Shown here in pieces: positions 17,945-26,383 of a DNA stretch of 26,383 nt. Each line of letters begins with the position of its first letter. The first letter of the stretch is position 1. The notes beneath the pieces were generated by a model. It saw only the letters and a program-made list of their open reading frames with translations, was not told where the DNA came from and did not search any database. This DNA comes from Polyangia bacterium (GTDB lineage: Bacteria; Myxococcota_A; Polyangia; JAAYKL01): positions 1 to 26,383 of the forward strand of contig JBNKCR010000002.1 in assembly GCA_050287845.1 (NCBI GenBank). The letters run 5' to 3'. Made by a program: the position numbers and the translations under genes.

Positions 17945-18223
17945 TCAGTCTTCGAATGTGTAGTGCTTCTTCACCGCTTTGCGAATATCCCAGGTGCAGC
18001 TCATGCCTCTGGGGAAAGTGACCAGGTCGCCTTTTCCCATCTGAACCGGTTCCCCTCCCTCGGGGGTGACCACCACCTCTCCTTCCAGAAAATAGCAGGT
18101 CTCGGTGGTATCATAGGTCCAGGGAAACGTTGATGCTTCTCTGGTCCAGATGCCCCATGTGGCAATGCCCTCCTGTTTCAATGCATCCTCTGACGGCTGT
18201 CTGACGACTTTAATGGTACCCAT
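17945..18223 (-). CDS. Small cupin (DUF861/EutQ-like cupin_3 family)
   Basis: W.IW..E.S.FPW.Y...ETCY.LEG.V.VTP.......GKGDLV.FP.GM.CTW.I...V.KHY.F; ATG follows AGGAG. Confidence 0.92.
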   Translation of the reverse strand: MGTIKVVRQPSEDALKQEGIATWGIWTREASTFPWTYDTTETCYFLEGEVVVTPEGGEPVQMGKGDLVTFPRGMSCTWDIRKAVKKHYTFED

Positions 18224-18667
18224 GTGATTCTCCTATTCGTACGCGCCCGGTATGATGACACCGGGCACAAATTATATTTTCAGTTTCAATTCTATGTGAA
18301 TGGGGAGATTACGCCTGAAAATCTGAAAATTTGCAAGGATTGAAGGGGACAGCGGGAAATCGCAAAGTCCCAAAGCGCCAAGGAACATCCCCGACTCCGA
18401 GGAAAAACCGGGGCAACGGCTTCCGTGTTATTGCCGATGTAAATATTCGGAACACGTTGCGTCGTGGGATTTTACGATGCAGGAGATGCGAATTTCAGAG
18501 GACTTTTCCTTTTCCTGGCACAACCTGACACATGTCTATCTGTGGGCGAACTGATAAATCTGAATAAAAACAGAGCGATGTGATACCGGCCACGGAGGAT
18601 GCGTCGGTGGCTCGAAAATTGCGGAGTTGCTGGACCATCAATTTGATTCGGCTGAAAGGAGCAATTG

Positions 18668-21169
18668 ATGTATCTTCAGAAAATATTTCATTGCATGGTT
18701 TTTTTCGTGGCATTGGTTTTCGGTGGCTGTGTCAGCAGTTCCGACAATAATGCACGGGATACGAGTGAGGCGGACGGTTCGGAATCCGGCGCGGGTGATT
18801 CCGGAGAGGAACTGGACTATACCGGTGAGTCGGATTCGCAGGCTGACACGTCGGATGATTCGTTCGGTGTCGAGAGCGGTTCGGATACTGGCGATACCGG
18901 TGATGAGACCGACGTTGGCACTGATTCGGAGGTTTCCAGAGAAACGGACTCCAGCGACGTTATGGATTCTGGCGACGAAACGGATTCCGGGGAGGCCGGT
19001 ACCGATACGGTCGTCGAGTTGGATACGTTCACCGATGACGACACCGACACACAGGAAACCGCTCCCCGGGCGAACCAGTCTCTGGCGCCCGTGCAGGATT
19101 GCGATGCCGCCTGGACGATTCTTCGGGAGAAGTTTGTCGATGACATGAAGGTGGTGGTGGAGCGCAACCGGCAGGTGGTGCTGGAACACCGGGCGATGTC
19201 GGTGGAGGAATGCGACGACTGGTATGACGACTACTACAGCGATACCGATACCGATACGGACAGCGATGCGGATACGGACGCCGACGGGGATATCGACGAA
19301 GAAAGCGGCGGTGATGAGGACGAAGAGGGCGCTGACGAATACTCCACCACCAACAATCAGGTGGAAGGCGTGGATGAAGCGGACTTTCTCAAAAACGACG
19401 GCAGCTATATTTACATTCTGGCGGATGGCGCATTTCAGATAGTGGATGCATGGCCTGCAACGGAAGCGCGGGTGGTGTCGAGAACACCGATTGAAGGGGT
19501 GCCGAAAAAGCTGTTCATTTATGAGAACAAAGCGTTTGTGTATTCGTCTCTCACGCCCCTCAGCACTACCGACGCAAATTTCAACTCCGTCAGATACAGT
19601 TCGGGGGAATGCACCTATGGGTATGACTGCGATTTTGTGGGAGATGGACGGGATTTGAAGATTACCGTGCTCGATATTTCGGATGTGACAACACCGAAGG
19701 TCATTCGCGAAACCAATATGAACGGGTCGTATCTCAATGCGAGGCGCATTGGAAACGTGGTGTACACCGTGGTGGTGTTTCCCGAGCTGGTGCATTCGAT
19801 GCCAAGTCTCCGGTACATCCCTTCCGGTGTCAGCAGCTGGGCGTGCGGGGAGTCTCTGGATGGCACCGCCGACGAATTGAACGCGGCATTTGACGCACTG
19901 ATTGAAGAGAACATCGCGACCATTGACGCATTTGATTTTGAGGCCACTCTCCCCACCATTCATGACCGGTTGATGTCCAATGGACAGGTGCTGAACAACG
20001 CCACCCTGCGCGACGATTGCAGTCGTTTCAGTGTGTCCCGGACCGCGGACGGGTACAACCTGATTACCGTGCTGGGGTTGAATCTGGAAACATTCTACAA
20101 TTACACGCTGTCCAGTGTGCTATCAAAACCCGGTGCAGTTTATGCCGATGGCGATTCGCTCTATCTGGCCATGCGCCATTATCGCAATGCCATGCCCACC
20201 TGGTTTTACAACGACAGTGCGGGGGTGACCGAGGCAACCACCATCCATAAATTCGCCCTGGACAACGACTATGCCCAGGCCACGTACCAGGGCAGCGGGG
20301 TGGTGAAAGGCCGCATCCTCAATCAGTTCGTCATGGATGAATACGAAGGTCATCTGCGGGTGGCCACCACCACGGGACGGGTTCCCAGCGCCAGTGTTCA
20401 CAGCACTCTTTCTGTTCTCGACGTGGAAACTGAAGAGAATCTGGTGCTCACCGGAGAGGTCGATAATATCGCGCCCACCGAAGATATTCGTTCCGCAAGG
20501 TTCAACGGCGACCGCGGATTCATTGTCACTTTCAAGAAAACCGATCCGCTGTTTGTGTTTGACCTGAGCAATCCCGCTGAGCCTTCCATCACCGGTGAGC
20601 TCAAGATTCCCGGATTCTCCACCTACATGCACATGATGGATGACACCCACATTCTGTCCATTGGATTCGATGCGGAGGATGCGGGCATCCGGGCGTATTT
20701 CCAGGGAGTGCAACTGCAGATTCTGGACATTACCGATATTGCCAATCCCACGCTGCTGCATAAGGAAGTGATCGGCACGCGGGGGTCCACCTCTGATGCG
20801 GCCACGGACCATCTGGCGTTCAACTATTTCAAATCATTCGATCAGCTGGCCATTCCCATGGTGGTCTGTGAGGAAAGTTCGGGCGGGAGCGACTACGGCG
20901 ACGTGATGACCTTCAGCGGACTGATGGTGTACAACGTGACAGTGGAAAACGGATTCACCTACCTGGGGGGTATTCCCCACGGAACGCCGGAAGTGGATGG
21001 GTACCAGACCGGTTTCTGCAACAACTGGTGGTCCAGCGGCAACTCTCAGGTGAAACGAAGCATCTTCATGGATGAATATGTGTATTCCATTGCCCCCGAC
21101 CTCATCAACGTCTCCGAGGTCTCCGACCTGGCACATCCCGTTTCGTCCGTCACCCTCGTGACTCCCTGA
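18668..21169 (+). CDS. Lipoprotein with acidic linker and secreted beta-propeller domain (Beta_propel family)
   Basis: SD AAAGGAG; lipobox FGGC. Signature YSTTNNQVEGVDEAD..KNDG, plus NQF.MDEY.G.LRVATT, RF.GDRG..VTFKKTDPLFV.DL and GELKIPGFSTYMH. Confidence 0.9.
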   Translation: MYLQKIFHCMVFFVALVFGGCVSSSDNNARDTSEADGSESGAGDSGEELDYTGESDSQADTSDDSFGVESGSDTGDTGDETDVGTDSEVSRETDSSDVMDSGDETDSGEAGTDTVVELDTFTDDDTDTQETAPRANQSLAPVQDCDAAWTILREKFVDDMKVVVERNRQVVLEHRAMSVEECDDWYDDYYSDTDTDTDSDADTDADGDIDEESGGDEDEEGADEYSTTNNQVEGVDEADFLKNDGSYIYILADGAFQIVDAWPATEARVVSRTPIEGVPKKLFIYENKAFVYSSLTPLSTTDANFNSVRYSSGECTYGYDCDFVGDGRDLKITVLDISDVTTPKVIRETNMNGSYLNARRIGNVVYTVVVFPELVHSMPSLRYIPSGVSSWACGESLDGTADELNAAFDALIEENIATIDAFDFEATLPTIHDRLMSNGQVLNNATLRDDCSRFSVSRTADGYNLITVLGLNLETFYNYTLSSVLSKPGAVYADGDSLYLAMRHYRNAMPTWFYNDSAGVTEATTIHKFALDNDYAQATYQGSGVVKGRILNQFVMDEYEGHLRVATTTGRVPSASVHSTLSVLDVETEENLVLTGEVDNIAPTEDIRSARFNGDRGFIVTFKKTDPLFVFDLSNPAEPSITGELKIPGFSTYMHMMDDTHILSIGFDAEDAGIRAYFQGVQLQILDITDIANPTLLHKEVIGTRGSTSDAATDHLAFNYFKSFDQLAIPMVVCEESSGGSDYGDVMTFSGLMVYNVTVENGFTYLGGIPHGTPEVDGYQTGFCNNWWSSGNSQVKRSIFMDEYVYSIAPDLINVSEVSDLAHPVSSVTLVTP

Positions 21170-21189
21170 TTCCAGACATTCCCGACATG

Positions 21190-21400
21190 TTGCTCCACCC
21201 CCGATGCGTTGCTCCGTCCCCGACACGCTTGCTCCGTCCCCGATGCGTTGCTCCGTCCCCGATACGTTGCTCCGTCCCCGACACGTTCTTGCTCCGTCCC
21301 CGACACGCTTGCTCCGTCCCCGATACGTTGCTCCGTCCCCGACACGTTCTTGCTCCGTCCCCGATACGTGTCCTTGATATGTTGCTCCGTCCCCGATGCG
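21190..21400 (+). repeat. Family-2 tandem array, 10 units of 19-22 bp
   Basis: TTGCTCCGTCCCCGA (first copy variant) at 21190, 21209, 21229, 21248, 21267, 21289, 21309, 21328, 21350 and 21382. Tails are TGCG, CACGC, TACG or CACGTTC. The reverse-complement core is GGGGACGGAGCA. Confidence 0.95.
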
Positions 21401-21492
21401 TTTCGTGGACGTTGTTGCGTTGCTGTAAACTTTCGAATATACTGTTCTGAATGCATGACAACCGAGAGCACACTACGGAAAGCGAGGCATCG

Positions 21493-23445
21493 ATGACGCG
21501 ATTTCTGACGATTGTTTCATTGTGGATACTGACAATCCTGGCGCTTGCCGGCGCCGGATGCAGCGATGACAGTGGCAGCGGCAAATCCGGTCAGACCGAT
21601 ACCGGTATCGGAAATTCCGGCGATACGGCGACGACTCCGGATACGGGGACCGCGACCACTGCAACCATCGCCACTGAAACCATCATCGGCGTCGATACCG
21701 CGAGCGCAGCGGACACCTCGGCGCCGCCGGACACGGCCACTGATGCCGACAGCGCCACGGCGACGGACACCGGGGCGGAACCGGATTCCGATTCAACTCC
21801 TCCGGTTTCCGACTGTAATGACGGCATAGACAACGACAGCGACGGCTATGTGGACTGGCAATATGATCTGGGTTGTGTGAATGGAAATGATGACGAAATC
21901 TCCGGGACACGGGCGGAAGAAAACGGGTTTACCACTTTCGACGTGGGACCGGAAAGCGTTGTGATTTATGTGAGCGCGCAGACGGGGGAGGACGCCAACG
22001 ATGGGTTGTCGCCCGTTTCGCCGGTCAAGACCCTGTCTCACGCCGCGTCGCTGCTTCGGGATGGAGAAGGGGACTTCATGCTACTTCGGCGGGGAGATAC
22101 ATGGCGGGGGGAATCACTCGGACGGTTTTTCTCCGGCCGGGATGCCGAACACCCCATGGTAATTGCGTCCTATGGAGACAGCACGGACATGCCCCGGGTG
22201 GAAATCGATACCAACTTCATTGACCATAATGGTAAGGTTCGAAATTACGTGGCAATCGTCGGTCTGGAACTGGTGTCCTATCCCCTCATTCCCGGTGACC
22301 CGGCGTACGATGGTGAAACCGGCGGTGGATTCCGCTATGTCGGCGGCGGCACCCATCTGCTCATCGAAGGTTGCCGGATGACCCATGGTGAACTGGTGGT
22401 GCAATCGTACGGGGACGACGCTCACTACGAAGACGTGGAAGTCCGTCGCAACGTCATCGAACTCAATTATCATATCAACACCTGCGGGCAGAACAATGAG
22501 TTCCGGCCTTCGGGGATGTATTCCTCTCATGTGACCGGCCTCACCATCGAGGGAAACATTTTTGACCACAACGGTTGGAATGAAGACGTGGCATCCGCCT
22601 GCGCCACCATGTACAATCACAATATGTATCTCAACGCCGATAACCTCATTGTTCGGGACAACCTGATTGCCCGGGCATCGAGCATGGGCATCAAGATGCG
22701 CTCCGATGAAACCGGCGATGCGGACACCCTTCTGTTTGAGAACAACTTTTTTGTGGATGGCGAAATCGGAATGGGAATAGGCGGCAATACCGAAAACCCC
22801 CATCGCTTTTCAAATGTGACCATCCGGAACAATGTGTTCAGTCAGATTGGTCTTGGAAATCCCACGGAACGAAATTTTGCCTGGATGCTCGAAGTGTCCG
22901 ATGTGCTCACCGCAACCATCGACAGCAACTATTTCCTGCATCAACCGTGGTATTCCAATGCGTATGGCATTTCGCTGACCGGCGGGTCCACTGGCGACAT
23001 TACGGTGTCCAACAATGTATTTTTCGATTTGGCATCCCGCTCCCTGCGGGTGCAGGTGGCCGAGAACTGGGGCATGATTACCGTGGCCAGCAACACATTC
23101 GTTGATATGGCCCACGATTCCTGTCTGGTGAACCACCAGGGGGATTTTGCCACCGTGCAATATCAGAATAACCGCTACTACAGCAGTGAATCCACGGACT
23201 GGTTCTGTGGGGATGTGGCCGGCACATTGGCGGATTGGCAGGCTGGCGCCGGCGAAACGGACGCTGCCCAATGGTCGGGGACATTCAGCGATCCGAATCG
23301 AACCATCAGTTCATATGCCGAAAGCCTGGGGTTGGACGCGTCCCTCGAAGGATTCCTCGCCGCTGCCAGAGAACAATCCAGACTCAACTGGAACAGTTCG
23401 TTCACCGCGCCTGCCATCAACAATTACATCAAATCCGGATTCTGA
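21493..23445 (+). CDS. Lipoprotein with Asp/Thr/Ala linker, Ca-binding-like CNDGIDNDSDG motif and right-handed parallel beta-helix (pectin-lyase-like) domain
   Basis: ATG 21493 follows GAGG; lipobox GAGC. IYVS...G.D.NDGLSP..PVKTL..A, LRRGD.W and P.VI.SYG, plus repeated I.NN.F/IEGNIF Asn ladders. Confidence 0.85.
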   Translation: MTRFLTIVSLWILTILALAGAGCSDDSGSGKSGQTDTGIGNSGDTATTPDTGTATTATIATETIIGVDTASAADTSAPPDTATDADSATATDTGAEPDSDSTPPVSDCNDGIDNDSDGYVDWQYDLGCVNGNDDEISGTRAEENGFTTFDVGPESVVIYVSAQTGEDANDGLSPVSPVKTLSHAASLLRDGEGDFMLLRRGDTWRGESLGRFFSGRDAEHPMVIASYGDSTDMPRVEIDTNFIDHNGKVRNYVAIVGLELVSYPLIPGDPAYDGETGGGFRYVGGGTHLLIEGCRMTHGELVVQSYGDDAHYEDVEVRRNVIELNYHINTCGQNNEFRPSGMYSSHVTGLTIEGNIFDHNGWNEDVASACATMYNHNMYLNADNLIVRDNLIARASSMGIKMRSDETGDADTLLFENNFFVDGEIGMGIGGNTENPHRFSNVTIRNNVFSQIGLGNPTERNFAWMLEVSDVLTATIDSNYFLHQPWYSNAYGISLTGGSTGDITVSNNVFFDLASRSLRVQVAENWGMITVASNTFVDMAHDSCLVNHQGDFATVQYQNNRYYSSESTDWFCGDVAGTLADWQAGAGETDAAQWSGTFSDPNRTISSYAESLGLDASLEGFLAAAREQSRLNWNSSFTAPAINNYIKSGF

Positions 23446-23513
23446 GAACGAAAGGCTCTATCTCCCGGCAGGTTGGTGTTATACTATTGTTTGTCTGGAA
23501 TGCAGAGGCCAAC

Positions 23514-23972
23514 GTGAAACGAGAATTCAACAGTCCCGAAGAGATGTTTAAGCGATTGATGTACGTTCTGTATGTGGGGTGCGTTTTTTTCGGTTTCCTT
23601 TCTGGGGTGATGGGCATTCTCGGTGGACGGCCGGACGCCCTGATGGTGACAGGAATTCTGGTTCCCCTGGCGGTAATACTGAAATCAGTGGGGGTGAAAC
23701 GGCTGGAATTCAGGCGTCTGGCGGAGTCCTTTCCCATGGGGGGCGCCGAGGATGCGCTGGATACCGGGGTTCGCCAGCGGTTTCAGCATCTGATTGGGGC
23801 GTTCACCGCATCGGATAACTGGATAACGCGTCAGGAGATTCGCCGGGAAATGGGGCATCTGGCCCGGAAGCATCCGCTGCTGTTATCGGTGTATGAACAG
23901 GAAATCGAAAAAGTGCACCCGACCCTGCTGTTTTCACCGGCGCATGAAGCGCGTGACAGCAATCTCGATTAA
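23514..23972 (+). CDS. Hypothetical membrane protein (two TM helices)
   Basis: GTG 23514 follows AGAGG and reads MKREFNSPEEMFKRL..., then two hydrophobic segments and a helical C-terminus. The longer ORF from 23235 overlaps the previous gene. Confidence 0.65.
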   Translation: MKREFNSPEEMFKRLMYVLYVGCVFFGFLSGVMGILGGRPDALMVTGILVPLAVILKSVGVKRLEFRRLAESFPMGGAEDALDTGVRQRFQHLIGAFTASDNWITRQEIRREMGHLARKHPLLLSVYEQEIEKVHPTLLFSPAHEARDSNLD

Positions 23973-24147
23973 ACGGAAATTCACAACTGTTATGACGGGA
24001 CGTTATGCATCAGTACTGGCTCGGTGAGCCGTACAGTATGTAAAAAGTGATGGGGACGGACCGGGAGATGTGAATGGCGGATTCAGAGAAAGTAAGAATT
24101 CGAATCAGACGACACAGAATTTCGAATCCTACGCATCATCTGGCGCG

Positions 24148-25749
24148 CTATGGCAACTCTGCCGGGTCCATATTCCAGTCCACCCACATGCCTTCCCATT
24201 CGCTGACCGGCTGTTGAACTCTATCGTTCGGAATCTTCATGGCGGCAGTGTTTCCGGTTCCACCATTGAACGCCCTATCGAACATTGCTGCTGCGATGCC
24301 GGTATCGCCAACGCCGCAGTGTCCGCCACTGTACACTTCGAAGGCCATGTTGTTTTCAACACCGAGCGCTTTCCATACCGGTTGTGCTGCCCATGCAGAG
24401 AGCGCTTCGCAGGTTCCGCCAAGGTGACACCATGAGTTCGGACCATTGTCATTTGAAAAATGCACCAGATATCGCGGCGCAATCGTCGCCAGAAGGCAAT
24501 GCTGATCAATGGGAAGGTGATTTACCAGATCAGGCTGTGAACGGAGCTGTTTCGCCGCACTGGTCACCCATGGTCCGCAGATTCCGTTGTCTTCGAGGTT
24601 GTCAATGCTCTGAGGCGGGGAATCACATACCCATGACGATTGACCGCCTCCGTGCCGGAACCACTCTGCCTGTCGGAAGTTGGCTGCGCCGCCCCCTCCC
24701 GACTCCACGATAACGGTCATTGGAATACGACTGAAGACACCCACCAGGAAAGCACCTTTTCCACATCCGGAACATCCCGATACCGCCATCCTGGTTGGAT
24801 CATGTCCGCTATCGGGGTTTTGTTCCAGAACTTCAATCACTCTGTCAACCATCCATCCGGTAGCTACATTTGTATTCATTTCAGACAAGCCAAAGAGACT
24901 TTTAATCTTATTTTCAAACCCACTGCCAAACGACAGCGTTTTTCGGCTTGAGGGCAAAATTCCAGCCGACATGTCAATTGTAATCACATCGCCGGATCCT
25001 TCGATAGTAGCCGTAAAGTTCTCGGTTTTTGTGCCTTCCTTACAGGTGATTGAAATATTCCCTCCGGATACGGTTCCGGTTGTTTCGTCCGGTTCGAAGG
25101 GGTAAGGGCCGTAGATGTATTTTGATGCGATATACTGGATTTCCCGACGACGGCACTCCCACTGCGCTTTGGTTTTTACAGGCGTACCATCAAAAAACGT
25201 CAACGGATCGGGGAGTTTTTCGTTTCTGGGCAGGCTACCTACATCATCCGGTAAATCGGGGAAGGCACATTCAGAGATGTCGATGGGGCCGGTATCGGCG
25301 TCCGGGTCTGTATCGGTATCCGAGTCTGTATCGATGTCGGTGTCTGTATCGATGTCGGTGTCGGTATCTGAGTCGGTGTCGGTATCTGTGTCAGCATCCG
25401 GCGCTGTTGCGCCATCGCAGCAACGCTGGCCGCCATCGCAGGTGCCGTCCATCTGGGTACCTCCCCATGATGTACAATGGGGTAGGCACTCATATGCACA
25501 CCCGTCCGTGTCCGAATCCGTATCCGTATCGGAGTCTGTGTCCGTGTCCGTATCAGAGTCCGTATCAGAGTCAACGTCCGAATCCGAGTCAGTATCCGAG
25601 TCGGTATCAGAGTCGGTGTCCGAATCTGTATCCGTATCAGAGTCGGAATCTGAATCGCTGTCAGAACTGTCATTGGCCGCATCCACGCCGCACGCATTTG
25701 AAAGAAATGCCAATCCCAGCAGACACCAGGATAATAATAGCAGTCTCAT
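24148..25749 (-). CDS. Lipoprotein with (DT/DS)n linkers and CE15 glucuronoyl-esterase-like domain
   Basis: ATG 25749 follows AAAGGAG; SNAC lipobox-like site. Motifs [48 protein letters not shown] and GGHC. Confidence 0.85.
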   Translation of the reverse strand: MRLLLLSWCLLGLAFLSNACGVDAANDSSDSDSDSDSDTDTDSDTDSDTDSDTDSDSDVDSDTDSDTDTDTDSDTDTDSDTDGCAYECLPHCTSWGGTQMDGTCDGGQRCCDGATAPDADTDTDTDSDTDTDIDTDTDIDTDSDTDTDPDADTGPIDISECAFPDLPDDVGSLPRNEKLPDPLTFFDGTPVKTKAQWECRRREIQYIASKYIYGPYPFEPDETTGTVSGGNISITCKEGTKTENFTATIEGSGDVITIDMSAGILPSSRKTLSFGSGFENKIKSLFGLSEMNTNVATGWMVDRVIEVLEQNPDSGHDPTRMAVSGCSGCGKGAFLVGVFSRIPMTVIVESGGGGAANFRQAEWFRHGGGQSSWVCDSPPQSIDNLEDNGICGPWVTSAAKQLRSQPDLVNHLPIDQHCLLATIAPRYLVHFSNDNGPNSWCHLGGTCEALSAWAAQPVWKALGVENNMAFEVYSGGHCGVGDTGIAAAMFDRAFNGGTGNTAAMKIPNDRVQQPVSEWEGMWVDWNMDPAELP

Positions 25750-25867
25750 CAGATATTCTCCTTTCATTCATTTATAAATAAAGGATTGCTCTACTAAAAA
25801 GCCCGGAAATAGTGGAACTGGCTCGGCAGAATGGGTGCGAATTTCTGTTTTCACGCTACAAGAGAGA

Positions 25868-26010
25868 GTCATAGGTCATAGAAGGTCATAGGGGACGCAG
25901 AGGTCATAGGGGACGCAGTCGTCATAAAAGTCGTAGAGTTCATGGGGGATGAAGCATCAATCATGTGGGACGCAGTCATGGGGGACGCAGAGGTCATGGG
26001 GGACGCAGCA
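25868..26010 (+). repeat. Family-2 scrambled tandem array, about 185 bp upstream of the right transposase
   Basis: GTCATR-GGGGACGCAG units with exact cores at 25891, 25909, 25981 and 25999. Two degenerate cores and several isolated GTCATA starts are also present. Confidence 0.9.
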
Positions 26011-26173
26011 CCACGTGACTCCACGCTGACTTCTGTCAACGCGTTACCGGAGCAACTCAGAACAAACGACAGGCAGTTGGCCGAAGGTGGCCATTTCTGA
26101 CCATTGGCCAGATTGCCCGCTTCTATGCAACGGTAATTATTCAATAAGGCAATTGGCCCGGTTTCTGCCTTCC

Positions 26174-26188
26174 CCTCCCGCCAGGAGG
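26174..26188 (+). promoter_or_regulatory. Hairpin occluding the transposase Shine-Dalgarno
   Basis: CCTCC-CGCCA-GGAGG: the anti-SD pairs with the GGAGG that lies 6 nt before ATG 26195. Confidence 0.5.
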
Positions 26189-26194
26189 ACGCGT

Positions 26195-26383
26195 ATGCGA
26201 AAATCAAGGCAACTTCAACTGGCCGATACCGGCATCTTTCATAAATTCTTCAGAGGACACAATGGAGAGCACATTTTCCCCACCGACGCAGAAAAGACGA
26301 TGTATCTCCGTTGTCTTCGCGACGCGAAAAACAACCATGGCATCAGTGACCACGTGCTGTTCTACAGTTACTGCATCATGTCC
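26195..26383 (+). CDS. HUH Y1-type (RAYT-like) tyrosine transposase, N-terminal part; runs off the window end
   Basis: Not in the ORF track. ATG 26195 follows AGGAGG and reads MRKSRQLQLADTGIFHKFFRGHNGEHIFPTDAEKTMYLRCLRDAKNNHGISDHVLFYSYCIMS. This matches the RAYT pattern (R..R....G..H...RG.N...IF..D.....YL..L ... YC.M(S)NHxH). The window ends just before the expected NHxH. Confidence 0.8.
   Translation, partial: MRKSRQLQLADTGIFHKFFRGHNGEHIFPTDAEKTMYLRCLRDAKNNHGISDHVLFYSYCIMS

Noticed and set aside
21190..21400. CRISPR array
   Set aside because: The core is only 15 bp, the 'spacers' are mostly 4-7 nt and recur, and no cas genes are in the window.
21046..21584. Several short ORFs across the array
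   Set aside because: These are repeat-derived open frames overlapping real genes.
25869..26207. 112-aa minus-strand ORF with SASPMT repeats
   Set aside because: It is a translation of the family-2 array and the transposase leader.
1..26383. Whole window as one composite transposon
   Set aside because: The two transposases are dissimilar, face outward and have different motifs, and the interior includes housekeeping genes (tag, plsC). The ends more likely reflect contig or window breaks.

Overview
The window looks like chromosomal DNA from a Myxococcota/deltaproteobacterial-type organism (inferred from the gene families). It carries a Ser/Thr kinase–TPR/PEGA–expansin cluster, an epoxide-hydrolase-type alpha/beta hydrolase, tag, plsC, a cupin, a TPR protein, a 986-aa probable AMMECR1/(alpha/alpha)-toroid protein, and six lipoproteins with acidic Asp/Thr/Ser linkers (expansin, disintegrin-like, RCC1, beta-propeller, beta-helix, CE15 esterase). 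The main signal is absent from the supplied ORF track. Both window ends run into the N-termini of two different, outward-facing HUH (Y1/RAYT-like) transposases. Each is preceded by a scrambled tandem array of its own short, essentially non-palindromic motif. Family 1 is GGAAAAA(A)TCACTCCGAGC-RYYTGRTG and family 2 is GGGGACG(C/G)AGCA. Satellite arrays of both families recur inside the window. Two family-1 arrays sit exactly where neighbouring genes (a YdeI-like gene and a DUF1016-thermonuclease fusion) are cut off, with the same polarity both times. This suggests a transposase-plus-cognate-motif system that amplifies its motif and cuts or joins adjacent DNA. All family calls are motif recognition by eye; no searches were run.
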